This document shows positions 27,450 through 40,829 of a stretch of 64,000 nt of DNA, piece after piece; positions within the stretch are counted from its first letter, which is position 1; each line of letters begins with the position of its first letter. The notes beneath the pieces are model-generated. The model searched no databases and was not told where the DNA came from. It saw only the letters and a list, made by a program, of their open reading frames with translations. The position numbers and the translations under genes were made by a program. The stretch comes from Balanoglossus misakiensis (taxonomy: Eukaryota; Animalia; Hemichordata). Location of the stretch: positions 7,241,677 through 7,305,676 of the forward strand of contig CM082592.2 of NCBI GenBank assembly GCA_040954595.2, read 5' to 3'.

Positions 27450-27934
27450 CTTGTCCTTGGAATAACCGATACAGACGTTCAAAAGGGAAAATCAGAAATA
27501 TGTGATCATGCAAACAGCTTCATTTATACTTTCAGTTTCCACTCTATTCTTTCATAAATCGCGGTGCTCACAGGACTTATGGTGTGGTTAACTTTGCAAA
27601 ATAAAGTTGATTTGATAAAGAAAAGATAAGTCTGGCTTCTTGTTTTTTTTTCACTCAGAACCGCTTCAAGAATCAACCATCACCATCGATGCAAGAGAAA
27701 TTTAAGTTTCACATATACAATCGTAGTACTCGGTTATCTCTCGACTTTCACCATCACATCGCCACCTGTGTCCCGCATTTCAATGCAATATTGATAAAAT
27801 ATGATTAATTACTGGGTTTCCAATATAGCACCAAAGAAGTTTAGGACAAATAATATCCTTGTTGAGGTATCCATTGTAAATATTCCTCAGACCCTGTTAT
27901 TATTTGGTGATGGATCACTACATTGAAGTGAATA

Positions 27935-30900
27935 TCACCTAAAGTCATCAAATCCAGGAGGTGGTTTCACAGGTTTATTATGGTGTACAGTCCTGTCTTT
28001 ATTGTCCACATGTTTTCCTTCAAATCCGGGTGGTTTTCTGATGGGTTTACTTTCCCTCTCACGTTCAGACGACATGACTCCAAATCTAGATGCTTTCTCA
28101 GAGTTCCCATTCACAGAAGTGGGTTCACATTTTACAGGCTTCTTTTGGCCATCACTGGATGCCGCAGTTGTTTTGTGGCCCGATTTCTCACACTTAGTTC
28201 CTCTCCCAGTGGTCTTATCATGCCTTTCTGGACCCTGAGACTTGTCTCCTGTAGGCTGGTGACTTTGTTGTCCCGTGGGGGGTTTCCTCTGCTGAAATCC
28301 AGGGGGTGGTCTTATAGATCTTTTATTTCTGCTGTCTCTTCCACTCTGTGATCTTCTATCCCTCTCACCACCCTTCGACATCGCATCTGCTTCCGGATTA
28401 TCATCAAGGTGGTCCTTACGCCTTCTGTGGTCACTTTTATCATTACCATCCTTCTTCCCGGACTCCATTTTCCCAGCATGCACCTCTCCATCTTGGCTAT
28501 CATTCCGTTCACCCTGCCTGTCCCTGTATCTCTCTCGTCTCTGTCTGTGGTACTGCGCACTATCCTGCCTGTATGTCCCATCATACGGCCTGCCACTTCC
28601 ACCACCACCCCTCCCTCTATGAGGCTGATGGTATCTCCTGCCACCCGCACCTACACCAGGCCTGTCCCTCCGATCTGCATCACTTCTCTCCTTCTCTCCA
28701 TTGACCTGTTTTTCATCTTTTGGCTTCCCTCCATATCCACCCTCCTTTGCAGTCACACCCACACACTTGGATCCTTGCGCACCATCTCCCACTGCAGTCT
28801 TTTCACACACAGCTTTATCATCCGAACCCTGTCTTGACGTTTCTTTTTTCGATGCCTCTCTTTTCTGTAAATCACCAGATTCGCTACTTCCTGACTTCTG
28901 GTTGCTGTCTTCCCTCGTTTTATTTCCCTCCTTTCTGAACCTATCGTCTCTAGCAGACACAGCTCTGGACCTCCGATCCGATCGTTCGTGATCGTACTTC
29001 CCACTTCGAGGCCTATCCCTATCATGGTACTGTCTTCGATGATGCGACCGCCTGTCGTATCTGCCGTCTTCTCTCTTGGGATGCTGGCCGTCAGCTCGTT
29101 TTGAGGTAGACGATTTGTCCTTCGTTTTCTCCAGTGATGCGTCCGTCTTGCGCTCCGTGTCACTGGCATCCGTGTTTGCGACCTGATCCGCCCTGTCAAC
29201 TCCACTGGGATGAGTTTTGGGCACAGACACAGTGACTGTGATATCAGGAGTCTGCAGATAAAAATGACCACAGGACCAGTTAGTAACTGAGTGAGTGATC
29301 TTCCTGAATGATTGAACCCCACGGAGGGGGTGATATAGCCTTCATAGCAACATTGATGATACACATATACAAAATTGTTCAGCAAATTGATATTTTACTT
29401 TTTTACTTACAGCAGAGATATCGATAAGAAATTTATTTTTCTCAGCCTCCACGTCAATGATGGCCCCTTTCTTCATCTGTTTCTTGTACAACGCTTCCAT
29501 CTTCTTCTGCTGCGCTTGCACTTCTGCACTGGGTTTGTACGCTTCGTTTTCCAAGAGTTGTTTGGGAGTTGTGGCTTTTTTGAGTTGTTCCAAGTCGTAT
29601 GACAGCGATTCCCTACACACAAGACATACCACCTAGTATAGACAAATCAAAATCAATTCAACAAATAAAATATATAAAACTTCCTGCTATGTTCACTTAC
29701 AGTGGACATACCACTTACCACTTAGTATCTGAATCATGATAACATGGTTGGTTTAAATATTTTTCTGTGACTCTCCAGAAGCAGATTTTATATTATAGGA
29801 ACATTTCATTTCATTATCATGGCCACTGTGAGCCATAAACTTAAGTTACCTTTTCTTCCTCTTTCTCAGCATGCTCAATGTAATTAGCCAGACAGTGCGA
29901 ATGAAAATAATGATAACATGCCGTCTTTATGAAATCATCTTCTTCCTGCGACAACAACAAAATAAAATGTTAAGCATCTGTAGGAAAACATGAAATCTGA
30001 GATTTCTAGAAGTTGTCTCTTTACTCTACTTCAAACCAATGTCATGGGATGGAGCAATCAAATTACTTACTTGCAATTCATACAGACATATCAGGCACAC
30101 AACACTGGGTAAATTATTGCTTGTTAGACTCTCTTTAGCAAGCTGCAAGAATAAACAATAATATAAATAACAAACAACACGAACAGACTGAGAGATTGAC
30201 GTCAATTGTTAGCCTGTCTATATACAATTTTTCTTCTCTGATGTGCTCACCCTAATGCTACAAAAGTAAATTAAAAGCCAGTTCTACAAATTACGTGTAC
30301 ATGCATTTTAATTGTTCAAGAGTGTTTACCTCAATGAGTTCATACAGCATGGCACCTCCCTTCCTTTCATCAGCCAGTTCATGTAAATTTTTGCGAAGTC
30401 TGCAAGATTCGCAAAATTCAGTTTAGCACAGTTTCACAACCTCTTGGGCCAGCGGAAGTAGTCTTTACATTCCGATGATCACCTTTCAGTATTCAGGTAC
30501 AAATGACTCTTCCTGAGCATAACCCTGCCACCCCCTGTTTCCCTCTGTAGAAGTCCAACTTTACCATTGCAAAACAATAGACTTGGACCAAACCATAGTG
30601 GTGAGAGGTTTAAATCAACACAATAGAAAGGTGCTGTGGATCACTAAGACACACTTACCCCATCAACTGTTCATCTGCAAGGCCTCTTGAGTTTCTGATC
30701 AGTATTTCAGGAACTTGGTGTGGATACTGAAATCAAAGAGAAGCACACCAACATGTTAACACTAGGACAACCAATGAAAGCTATTAGCCACACATGAAAA
30801 TACATTACGCACCAAATTGTTGAACAGTTTCCAGTCTCTCCCTTGTGAACACCCAGCTTTACACAGTAAAATCAGAATAAGAATTTCATCTGGATTTCTG

Positions 30901-32052
30901 CAATGACCTATACAGAAGCAAACACACTGTAGGCATACTCACTGTGTTCGGTAACTGTAGCACCAGGGTGATACACACGTATTGTGTTGTAGTGTCTTCT
31001 GCTGTAGCAGGGTGTAAAACCACACTCAGACAACATGGCCGGCCACTGTGGGGTGGGAACAATTCAAAAATTGTATATTTCTTGCTTTGTCAACAGAACA
31101 GCAAAGAAGCAGCAAATGCACAGATCATGTCAACTCTACATCTAATTTTAATCAGAATGGAGCATTCAATTGATACAAACCTTTTATCTTTATCCACTGT
31201 TAATTCATGGATATAAATAGCTTCTAGTAGTTCTATTTCTTGCGATAAGCTATGGTAAATAAAAGTTGTATGTCAAATGTCATTTACATGTCGCTCCATT
31301 GATATAAACATAAACATCAACGGCCATCCAACATATAGCTACAATATTTCAGCCAGGCATAATTGTGAGTCAGAATGTGACATGATATGACACAACTATT
31401 GAGAAAGAGATGAAGCAGTCCATCTATGTGATGGAGGAACAGTGTGGAAGGGCTCACATATATGAGCCCTTCCACAACTCAGCTCTGTGTAACATGACAG
31501 GGCTGAGGTGCTGCCGGTTACAACGGTCAACACACAGCCCTACAATGCAGAGCTGGTGCAAACTGGGCTTTTGTCTTTTGAGGGAAAGCTGTTGTGGTCA
31601 TTACATGTCTTGCTTGTCTGCCTTTTCAGTTAAACTCGACAGTCATCCACATTCCAATCCCATTCTAAACATTCCTTGAAAACTGGCATATGGTACGAGT
31701 GTGGTGAGACACTGCAGTCAGCCTGTAGTCTGTAGACTGACAATATGCGGTCCTGTCGTATGTCTGCCTAGAAGCAAGTTTGATAGCTCGAGGTTTTCCC
31801 TAGTGTACTACTGTTGCTATGTATAAATGGGGTTGCACGGGGACACCCCCCCCCCCCCCCCCCCCTCTCCATATCAGGCGAAAGTTTGCAGATGACACGC
31901 TCAATTTAAAACATTTAGACATGATAAATTGTTGTTACACGCCAATGTGAAACAACTTCTATCCAAATTTAAGAAAGAAACTCGCTCGTTTGTGCCCACC
32001 TGCCTTCACTTTCGGAAATGTTTCGAGTTCTGCTTCCACCGGAAGCTGCCAT
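27935..32052 (-). CDS. RNF25: E3 ubiquitin ligase RNF25/AO7 (RWD + RING + long low-complexity tail; exons approx. 32052-32000, 31251-31182, 31045-30943, 30727-30659, 30399-30330, 30142-30071, 29945-29850, 29632-29411, 29253-27935)
   Basis: RWD domain: EIELLEAIY..LHPATAED..QYVCITLVLQLP..YPHQVPEI.IRNSRGL..AMLYELIE. RING-H2: CLICLY..KTACYHYFHSHCL..CLVCRE. Also the conserved GAIIDVEAEKNKFLI segment, as recalled from vertebrate RNF25. Confidence 0.93.
30520..30613. mobile_element. TTAA-type MITE copy 3 (opposite orientation to copy 1, in an RNF25 intron)
   Basis: TAACCCT...GTCCAACTTTACCATTGCAAAACAATAGACTTGGACCAAACCAT...AGGTTTAA is the reverse complement of the copy-1 core. Confidence 0.6.
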
Positions 32053-32948
32053 GTTGTACGGTGCGAGGACTGGGCGTGCGCAATGACACAGGTCAAATGA
32101 ACTCACTGACCTTTTGAGTACGAGTGTTGCGTATTTCGGAAGCCGGTATGGGGATAGTAATGATTGCCCTACGTGTGCTTTCCCGTGGTGTCTGCTTTCA
32201 ATTTCATCACCCGGCAAAGAAACGCGTGTATTGAACTTTCCTGTTTACATTTGAACAGCCTCAGCTTCGGATTAAATCAATCTTCAGAACTGATTTAGGT
32301 TCTATTTGAAAGCAAAACAACGCGAACAATTGCAGCGCAACAATTTTGTTTTCGTTTCTCCTCCGAATTAAATTCCGGAACGGCGCTGTGAACGACGGAA
32401 TATTGCTGGACACTCATTATAGGTGCAACAATGAGGGCGCTTACATCATTGAGTGCGGGGAATAGAGCGTCTATAGGAGCGTATGATTTCGTTTGCTGCC
32501 ACAGGGAGCTCGGTAAGAAAGCAACAAAAGACATGCTTACAACCACATATAGCTGTCTTTTCAACAGTTCTTAAAGGGACAATAGCTGTGGCTCGCTATT
32601 TTTTCAGAACCTTCTGTTTTGCACGTCGTAGCCCCGAGAGCCAGACCGCTATGCGTATAGTAAGCGGATATTGCCCAGATATTGCTGAATATAGGTAAAC
32701 CGGGCGGGATGAAAACCAATAAACTCGTTGCAGAATTGTCACAAAAAGTATATTTATGCCAATAGCCTATACCTCAATTAGAAATAACGTTGGAGCAACT
32801 TTTTCAGCATTTTGATCGAGGTATTAATGGAAATTTCTTGTTTGATTCTCTAAGAAAAAAGGCCCCAAATGTATATGTACCCTATCAACACAGCGGGTTC
32901 GCAGGCATGCGCGCCGCCACAAGAAAAAACATCCACGGGGCATCTCGT

Positions 32949-33125
32949 GTAACTATGGCAACGCACTGTCATAATATCGAACGCGCAGACACCTGTTATA
33001 CAAGCTGAGCGGTGCTGGTGGTTTCTTCTCGTTGTCGCCGTAGCGTTGCCCAGGCAACGGTGATCGCTGACTTCAGGGTATTGATTGGGAAGCTTCCTGT
33101 GACGTCACCCTGCGTGGAGCCAATG
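32949..33125. promoter_or_regulatory. Promoter-like module: two RFX X-boxes, CCAAT/Y boxes and a CRE
   Basis: GTAACTATGGCAAC (32949-32962), GTTGCCCAGGCAAC (33045-33058), TGATTGG (~33082), TGACGTCA (~33100), CCAAT (~33120); downstream splice donor CAG|GTGAGT at 33419/33420. Confidence 0.55.
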
Positions 33126-33682
33126 GCGATGCCGGTTTCGGTGACCGTAATCACGGCTTGCACACAAGATCGCACATAATCGTCAGGCCACGAGATTCAA
33201 TGACACTGCCAGTCGATCTGGCAGTGATGCGCCCGGGCTAAACTGGACGCGATTCAAGACGTCTTTTTCCGGTAATAACGAAGGGCAAGACACTGTGCCA
33301 GTGATGGCAGCCACTAGAACGAGCAGGGCGGGCTTGGCGATTCTTTAATCCACGGGCAACTAGCACTGGTGCGATGCGCATATGATTCATATATCAGACA
33401 AACATTTTCGAACAAGCAGGTGAGTGTTGACATCTTTCTTGTTATCCTTGTCTGTGTTCACATCTTTGTATCGGAAAGTCGGGACACCAGCAACAACCAA
33501 ATTTAAAGGAAACTAGTAAAAGTTAAGAAACACCTCCTTCAAAACTTCCCAGTTAACACCTGTCGTCTGTTATTGAACAGAAATGCAAACGGGCTTGATT
33601 TCTGTTGATACTGTGTTGTTTTGAAAACAACATGTGCACTGTTCAGAGAGTTATTTCTGAGCGTAATCAAACGATGATATAC

Positions 33683-33711
33683 ACAACAACAACAACAACA
33701 ACAACAACAAC
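33683..33711. repeat. (CAA)n microsatellite
   Basis: About 9 ACA/CAA units. Confidence 0.9.
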
Positions 33712-36700
33712 GGAATATGATTTTATATATTCCACCAGAAGACGACAGAGTGACGGAACGAACACAGTAGACCTGCAGGGCACTCCAAGAAAATTCGAAA
33801 TCCACGGCGTATGCTAACAAACCCCGGGTGTCACGTTTCACCGACAAACCAGAACCAGACTTCGGATGTAATTTTCAGACTCTTAAAATCCAAACCCTAA
33901 TACCGACTAAGTATTGACACATCCCAGGTGTGTCGTAATTATGTGATGGTTCAAAGTAACGTAAAACCGCCGAGCAAACAGTAGAAATCCAAATGCACTA
34001 GCGATCGATACATCACACGCAGTTCCTTACAAACAATATATATCGCTTAGTCCTTCGCTTTAGCAGATGTCATGGTTTATTCATCATTAGAACAAATCAG
34101 AATGGCACACATTCATCAAATCTGGATTGGAATAATTATACAATTTTATTTACAATATTTATTTAATTTTTGAGGACGTTAATTGAATTCCGAAGATGAT
34201 GCGTATATTGGTAAACAAACGGTGTTTAACCACACACCGATATTTCGAACATGTATTTATTCTGGGTGTGTGTTTTCACGTCAAAACAGATATCATTCAA
34301 GTCGGCTTTATCGAAGCGTAATAGCTGACACCATCTGCTGTTATTGTCAAAGTTACTGACCACTTCAGACGATAATTGTTAAAGTATTTGCTAATTGAAA
34401 TTGATTTTGGCAGATAGTGACGCGTTTACACCTATATACGCACTCTAATCTCTAATGCGACATACCAGCAAACTGGGAACTGTCATACTCAGAATGTGAT
34501 CATTAATATGCAAATGCCGAATATCATCAATACTTACTAAAGTCATAGAGTGACCAATATTACACTCCCTATATTCAGCACCCTACACCAGGCGATCTAC
34601 AACTTCGCATCTATCTGGGCTATCTATCTACCTAATAGTATATATATAACTACGATCTAGAAATTGTAGATTGCTGTTACTCCGATAGCCAGTCAATATG
34701 CGTATACTATTATTTAGTTCACTTAGTACTGTGTGGGTATATAGGTACTATTCCTCTTTTCCTCAATCTTCTCTCCAATTTCACACCCATTGTGTTACTC
34801 GCCATGTCACTAATCCATTTCATGCCCGACCGCGCAATCACCGGGGCAACGAATGTAGTCTTTTTCCGGTTTTGTCAATTCAAGAAAAGACCGACGTTTC
34901 TAATTTTTTAATTCACTCTTATTTTCGTTCACTAGTTCAAGACTTTCTGTTTTTCGACCAACTGGGAAGAAACTGTCTTATACGCAGAATTGTCAATTAA
35001 CCTTGGTTCTTTAGACCTGGAGGGACGCAGTGATTTTAAAAGAAAGGGATATAATGACGAATGCGATATTGCCACGTTCCATTTTGTATATCAAGTATCA
35101 GTGCCTGTACAGTAATGTCTCAATAACGTTTCCTGTATTCTTACAATTTATTCAGAAGAGCGGTTAGGAGTGAAATGCACTGATAAAAATAGCGCTGTTT
35201 TTCATTCGTTTAATCATCGCTGGCCAACTTCACATTTTAGCGCATTGCAGTGCAATCAATCGGCAATCTCTTGAACTCACATTTGCGTATACTAACGGAT
35301 GGAGATATAGCGCGCACATTTGAATCTGTTTTAAAATATGGTCTCGATCCGTAACCATAGCACCCAGGACTTCCGTAGTCGTGAGAAACCTTTACGCACT
35401 CCATGCGTATACATCTATATGTTCGGTCTATGCAATTCGTCTAGTATCCAGTAGGCGTACGACGTTGTCCCACAAAGCAGGATAGTCGCTGGACGATCTG
35501 TTATAAGAACATAGGAAATCGTCCTCTGTAAGGGATATTACCAGTCTAATAAATATAATGACGTTTAAATCGAGGCCAGCCAGCGATACAAAAAATCCTA
35601 ATATCCGGATACTCCTGACACGACGGCGAAATGAGAAGACTGTAAATTTGTTTTTGCGGATTCTCAAGTACGACGCAGCACATTAGCAAACTGTGAACGA
35701 CAGCGCACGTTGAAACAACCCGCATGAAAAATCGATCGAGAAATACTGTCTTGGGGTGTACATGTTACATCAGTGTATATGAGAAGTGGCATCTTGTAGA
35801 AGAAGAAACTGGAAGATTTGACAGATTGGCCGCGTGTTTTTCCCGCGGGGAAAACATGAAAGCGCACAACGCCCCCTATAGTACTCGAGGCAGCGTTGAA
35901 GATCCCATGGAGAACATCCGACCCACACGGTCATCGTTTCCATCACGCTGCCTTTCCACACTTTGTGACACGTGTACTCTGAGAAGATTAATGGCGGCCA
36001 AGAGTCAGCCGTGTCTTCCGTATCAACTGATCTATCTGACGCGCGTGTACCATTAATGTAATTTCTTACCCCCCCCCCCCATATTATCTGAAAATATAGT
36101 ATTAAAGTTATCGGCGCGTGCATTGTGCCTATATACCATAAATTATTACTGCAACATATCAACCTGGGAGGATTCGCCCATACAATATCAAATTGGTACA
36201 ATTTTTTATTTGATAAACAAAATCGATTTCAACAAATGACATCGGCGAATGCTGATGCCCAAGACATGAATATTTAAAGATGCAATTTGTTTGTAAGGAA
36301 AACAAAATAAGCTGCAAGAAACGCAGACTGCAGGGTTGAGATTGAAGATGAAGCTGGATTGCGCTTGGGGGCAACGTATAGGCGAGGCATCGAACGTGGG
36401 ATGAACAATCTCAATTTAAGAAGTGCTGTGGGTGATCTTTCAATGTCACAGGCGACGCATTACTGGAGCGGAGAAGACAAATGGCGCAGCCACACAGCTT
36501 TTGTCATTAAAAGGGATTGGGGAGTCACGTCTCTCTTTGATTGCAAACTCTGATCGCGTGCCGATGCTATCGGCTGACAAGAAACCCGTTTTAGAGTGCC
36601 CGGTCGGATTTTATCGCCGCTCCATCGGTCTAATGGTTTACTGCAGGCTTAATATCTCATAAGAGCAAGAGCTTTGGGGAGCGATAGGCCGCTGCACTTT

Positions 36701-38542
36701 AGAGCCGCGAGTTGAAGAAACAATTGGCTCGAGAGCATTGAGTTCATCCTGATACCTGCTCGCTCACTAAAAGGTAACGTTTAACTTCTCTCAACTTTAC
36801 GAAAAACACATACAATTAAGGCGGTACAACGTTTTGCCATTTGGTCGCTTACAGATGTGTTGTTTGCGCCGTGGCATCCAAAAGCGAGAGAAGGTTTCAG
36901 ATTATCAGTTTAAACGATCTGTTTCTCTTCGATTGTTGGAGCGTTGAGACCATTTTAAGATAATTATCTCACGGGCCTATACAAACAGACCACGATCAAC
37001 TTGACGGGGAAAACCTGCTGACGCGTACAAGGTAGTTCAGAGGTTCTTATCACTCTCTTGCGATAAGAAGACGCAACGTAAAATGGAAGTAAGACTTTCG
37101 ATCTCAACTACTCTCACATTCAACGTATTTGATTGCTTTAGCATGATATTATTCGCGGTACTTTGAATGTGATACCATCGAATATGCAGCACAATGCATA
37201 TCCCTCGTATTGGGGCATACAAATTATCCCCCAATGTATAATGAAGCAAAGAATAGAAAGATGTAAACGAGATTCATTAAGTCCTAAAAATATACCTTGC
37301 GGTCTCTTCATTAGTATAAATCTCGAGAAAATCTCGCATTATTCCTGAAAATCAGAGAAATGAGCAAAAAAGCCATAAAGGAACTACTGAGATATTACCT
37401 AGATAACAGATGTAACGATAACGCATCTCCGGAAGGATTATGATCATATCAGATATTTTTTCGACTTCTGAAATAAGCCCATTACGATTTGAAATTATGA
37501 TTTTGCTGTTTATGGAGATATGGCACTGCCGAGAATTTCAGTTCATAGCGGCTCTTGTAAACTGTGGCTAAATTCACAAAGGTGACCGTCTCAGCATACT
37601 TTTAAAATTATGTACAAGAGAAAATTATGTTTCACGTACAATGCATCACTCTCTGTCAAACCTGATAGTGGAATGATTTACATTTATTTGTCGTTTAATA
37701 TTTCACCGCGTACTAAACTTCCCTGATCGATTGTTCATTTGAGAGAGTGTCGCATTTGAACCTACTAAACTAGTATAATCTTTTCGTGATTCTCACAAAA
37801 TTACTTCCCTTTTCAGTTTGTGATCTTCTATTTGGATTGCTTCCCAGAAGAGCGTGTACAGCATAAATCCACTTGTTTCAACACGCCCAACAGTTATATT
37901 GTTAATGGATTGTCTATAATTTCACCAGAAGAGCGAGTCAATCCCAAATAGTGCATTATGTTCTTGTTCTGAGAATGACCAAAATTATTTTAGCACAATA
38001 ACTATTCCAAAGACCATATAAGTTATGCTTTGTAAGTTTTTTTCTTCAATATGAGTATTCTTCTGTATTATTGTGATCGGCGTCCCTGGTGACTGATCAA
38101 TCATATAGAGCACAGATAGGCAAGGGGTTATGCCCCACAAGTATTAAAAACCATGGCAACGAGCAATTGTATCCTCCTCTGCCCACACTCCCAGCGAAAT
38201 GCCAATTTTACCACACCGCATCTCTGCCATAGCAATGACTAATTGATGATATGTGACGTGGTAGCGATTCCCAGACCTCGGAAAAGTCGAGAATTTAATC
38301 ACACGCACATGCATCATTCGCTGCACGACGTGCATGCCTTTGATTGATATCTTAATTAGTTATGATTTTCTTATCGGACGATATATGTAATTAGCATACC
38401 CCTGCAGTGACGTCAATGGAATGCCATTACTAGGAGACGATGGAAATTGGAACATTATGATTCGCAATCAGGACATTTGAATTTTTCAAAACATTTGCAA
38501 TACTATAACATTATGTATGTGAAGTGAATGTGTGTGAGTGTG

Positions 38543-38586
38543 GCTGCCTGCCTGCCTGCCTGCCTGCCTGTCTGTCTGTCTGTCTG
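38543..38586. repeat. Compound (GCCT)n(GTCT)n microsatellite
   Basis: Directly visible tetranucleotide repeats. Confidence 0.9.
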
Positions 38587-39475
38587 GGAGTATGCCTATA
38601 TCGGTTACGCGTGATGACACTTGAGTCGAGGCACGATTATCCAATTTGAGTCATTGATGAATCAACAGAAAAAAAGAACAGTTCCCCTTGAACCATGTGA
38701 ACTATTGCCCTTATCGACGTAACACAGAAGCGCGCTGAGTGAAAGACGGCCTCTACGATAATCCACTTACTCGTCCTGTCCAAACACTGGTGCGCAGGAT
38801 AATAAAATTACTTCGGGTTCGGATTCAAAGCGGACGGTTGAATCGATGTCCAATTACCCAATATAAAACAGAACCGGCCTCGGAGGAGTTGTGTTTTGCA
38901 TAATGATTAGCTAACACGGGGTTTTACACTTTGGGCTGTTCCTTTCTCATTCATAGTCGTTGGCGTTTCCAGTTGTGGTTTAATTTGAACAGTCGAGGAT
39001 GTTGTCACTGGAAAATCACAACCCAACGGTTGGTTTACAGCGTTGTCAGGACATAACACGCAACCAAATCTCAACTTAACTAGCGTTACCTTTTCTCCGC
39101 CTGGTAATTCTCATAAATAAGCTAAAATTTCAGGTAAAGCTCGTTTTTTAAAGAATCGCCTCCAACTACGGTGATGCGGGTCACGATTTTGTCATATTTG
39201 CTGGTAGGTAACTATGCTACTTCATTAAGGCAGACTCATACTTTCAGTCATGTAAAAATCGATTAAAATGATCTGGTAACCATCAATTATATCATCAGTC
39301 GATCATATATCACTGTATACGCAACACAGAAACAGATTTATATCGTTTTTTTATTGTAGTGTGCCGTTTAACACGATGGATTATGTATTGTTTGTCCTGT
39401 ATCACATAAACTGCATATAGCCAGGCGAGATCTCGCAGGGTCTCGTGGAAAATGGCCTATTGGTACGTGCCGCAC

Positions 39476-39896
39476 GGTGACGCCACGTAAATGTCCAACT
39501 CTTGGTGGAGACATTTACAATTTCCGAACAGGCCTCAACCACTTCGCCTGCAAACGAGGTCACTCACAGTCCCTGTTAGGTTAATTAATTATTAATTTAG
39601 ACCCGACAGTTCTGATTGGTCAGTTACTATCCGCACAACCGAACCAGCTAGACCACAGCACTTGTGATTGGTCAATTAGGCTCTACACTCTTGTTACAGG
39701 TGAGTGACGTAGACGCTCCAGTTTACGTTGACCTGGGCGTTGACCTAATTCAACACGCCTGTTCACAAAATTTAAATATATATTGAAAAGGCTCGTACAT
39801 TACCAGACAGGTTCGCACCTGGTAGGCAAAATGATTGAGGCCTGTTCGGGAATTGTAAATGTCGCCACCAACCGCTGGACATTTTGTGACGTCACC
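39476..39896. mobile_element. Degenerate inverted-repeat element (MITE-like) with ~75-bp imperfect arms
   Basis: Left arm GGTGACGCCACGTAAATGTCCA..TTGGTGGAGACATTTACAATTTCCGAACAGGCCTCAA matches the reverse complement of right arm TTGAGGCCTGTTCGGGAATTGTAAATGTCGCCACCAA..TGGACATTTTGTGACGTCACC. Confidence 0.65.
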
Positions 39897-40802
39897 CAAC
39901 TTTTTGAACCAAAGGCTGCAGTCTTACATTACGTATAGTCACCTGAGACCTTAGCCTCGGACTATACTGTCAGTTGTTGTACTAGCAGTGCTCATGAAAC
40001 CACAATGCCATATTAGTGGCTTGTATTTACTCAATGCAAAACTACAACCGGGTCTCTTTGATTGCTGGGGCGAAAATCCATTGTAACTTCCAGTGTTTGT
40101 GACGCACGTACAAAGCCTTTGACAGTCGACACCGAGGAGATTTGCAAAGTACCTGCCACTATTTAGTCTACAGTCCAGTCGACTTTACATGACTTGTGAA
40201 CGCAGCGACTTCAGATTTCAGGTAAAAATCGGTGCAGTTAAAGCATTATGCTGCATCGACAATCTATGTATTCTTTTGCTTAAAACCATAATTTTAAGGG
40301 CTGAATTCTTGTATCAAATACCTTTTTCATTCCAGGCGGTAACTACTTACTTTTCTGGGTGATACACCATTTTAGTTCTTTGGTATTTTCTTGAAGGACG
40401 TCAACTGAAAAACCGACTGTATTCAGTTGGTTCAAAAAGTGCTAAATCGGCCAATTTTGGCCAATAGGTGTCGTTTGAATGTTCGAGCAGACTCGTTCCT
40501 GACGCTGCAAGGTTCCAGTTGTCATAGCTGCAACCCCCTTAAGCGTTACAATCGGATAAACCCTAATGGATCGCTTAAGAAGGTCGTGGTTTCTGCCAAT
40601 TGCGTCAATGGTTGTCAGGAGACGGGACACCTTGGTTTGTTCTCTGCTGCAAAGAATTCAAATCCTCTCTGCTTCATTGTCAGACACTGCTTTCGGTCGC
40701 GTGGCTACGTGAGCGTCATCTGTGATGAGAAGAGGTTGTTTTTTATCTTCAGTTTATGCTCTCGTCTTTGTTCTCTCTATAGAGCGCTGAGAAGATGGCA
40801 AG

Positions 40803-40829
40803 ATGAAAAAGGATACAATAACCGATGAG
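40803..40829 (+). CDS. Possible alternative first coding exon (MKKDTITDE) of the PAW-CaaX gene
   Basis: Strong acceptor at 40782/40783 and donor GAG|GTAGGG at 40829; phase 0, compatible with the acceptor at 46397. Confidence 0.35.

Noticed and set aside
27980-29385. Antisense and alternative-frame ORFs over the RNF25 last exon
   Set aside because: Shadows of a low-complexity purine-rich exon.
33539-33847. Poly-Cys / poly-Thr ORFs (metallothionein- or mucin-like)
   Set aside because: Artefact of the (CAA)n microsatellite.
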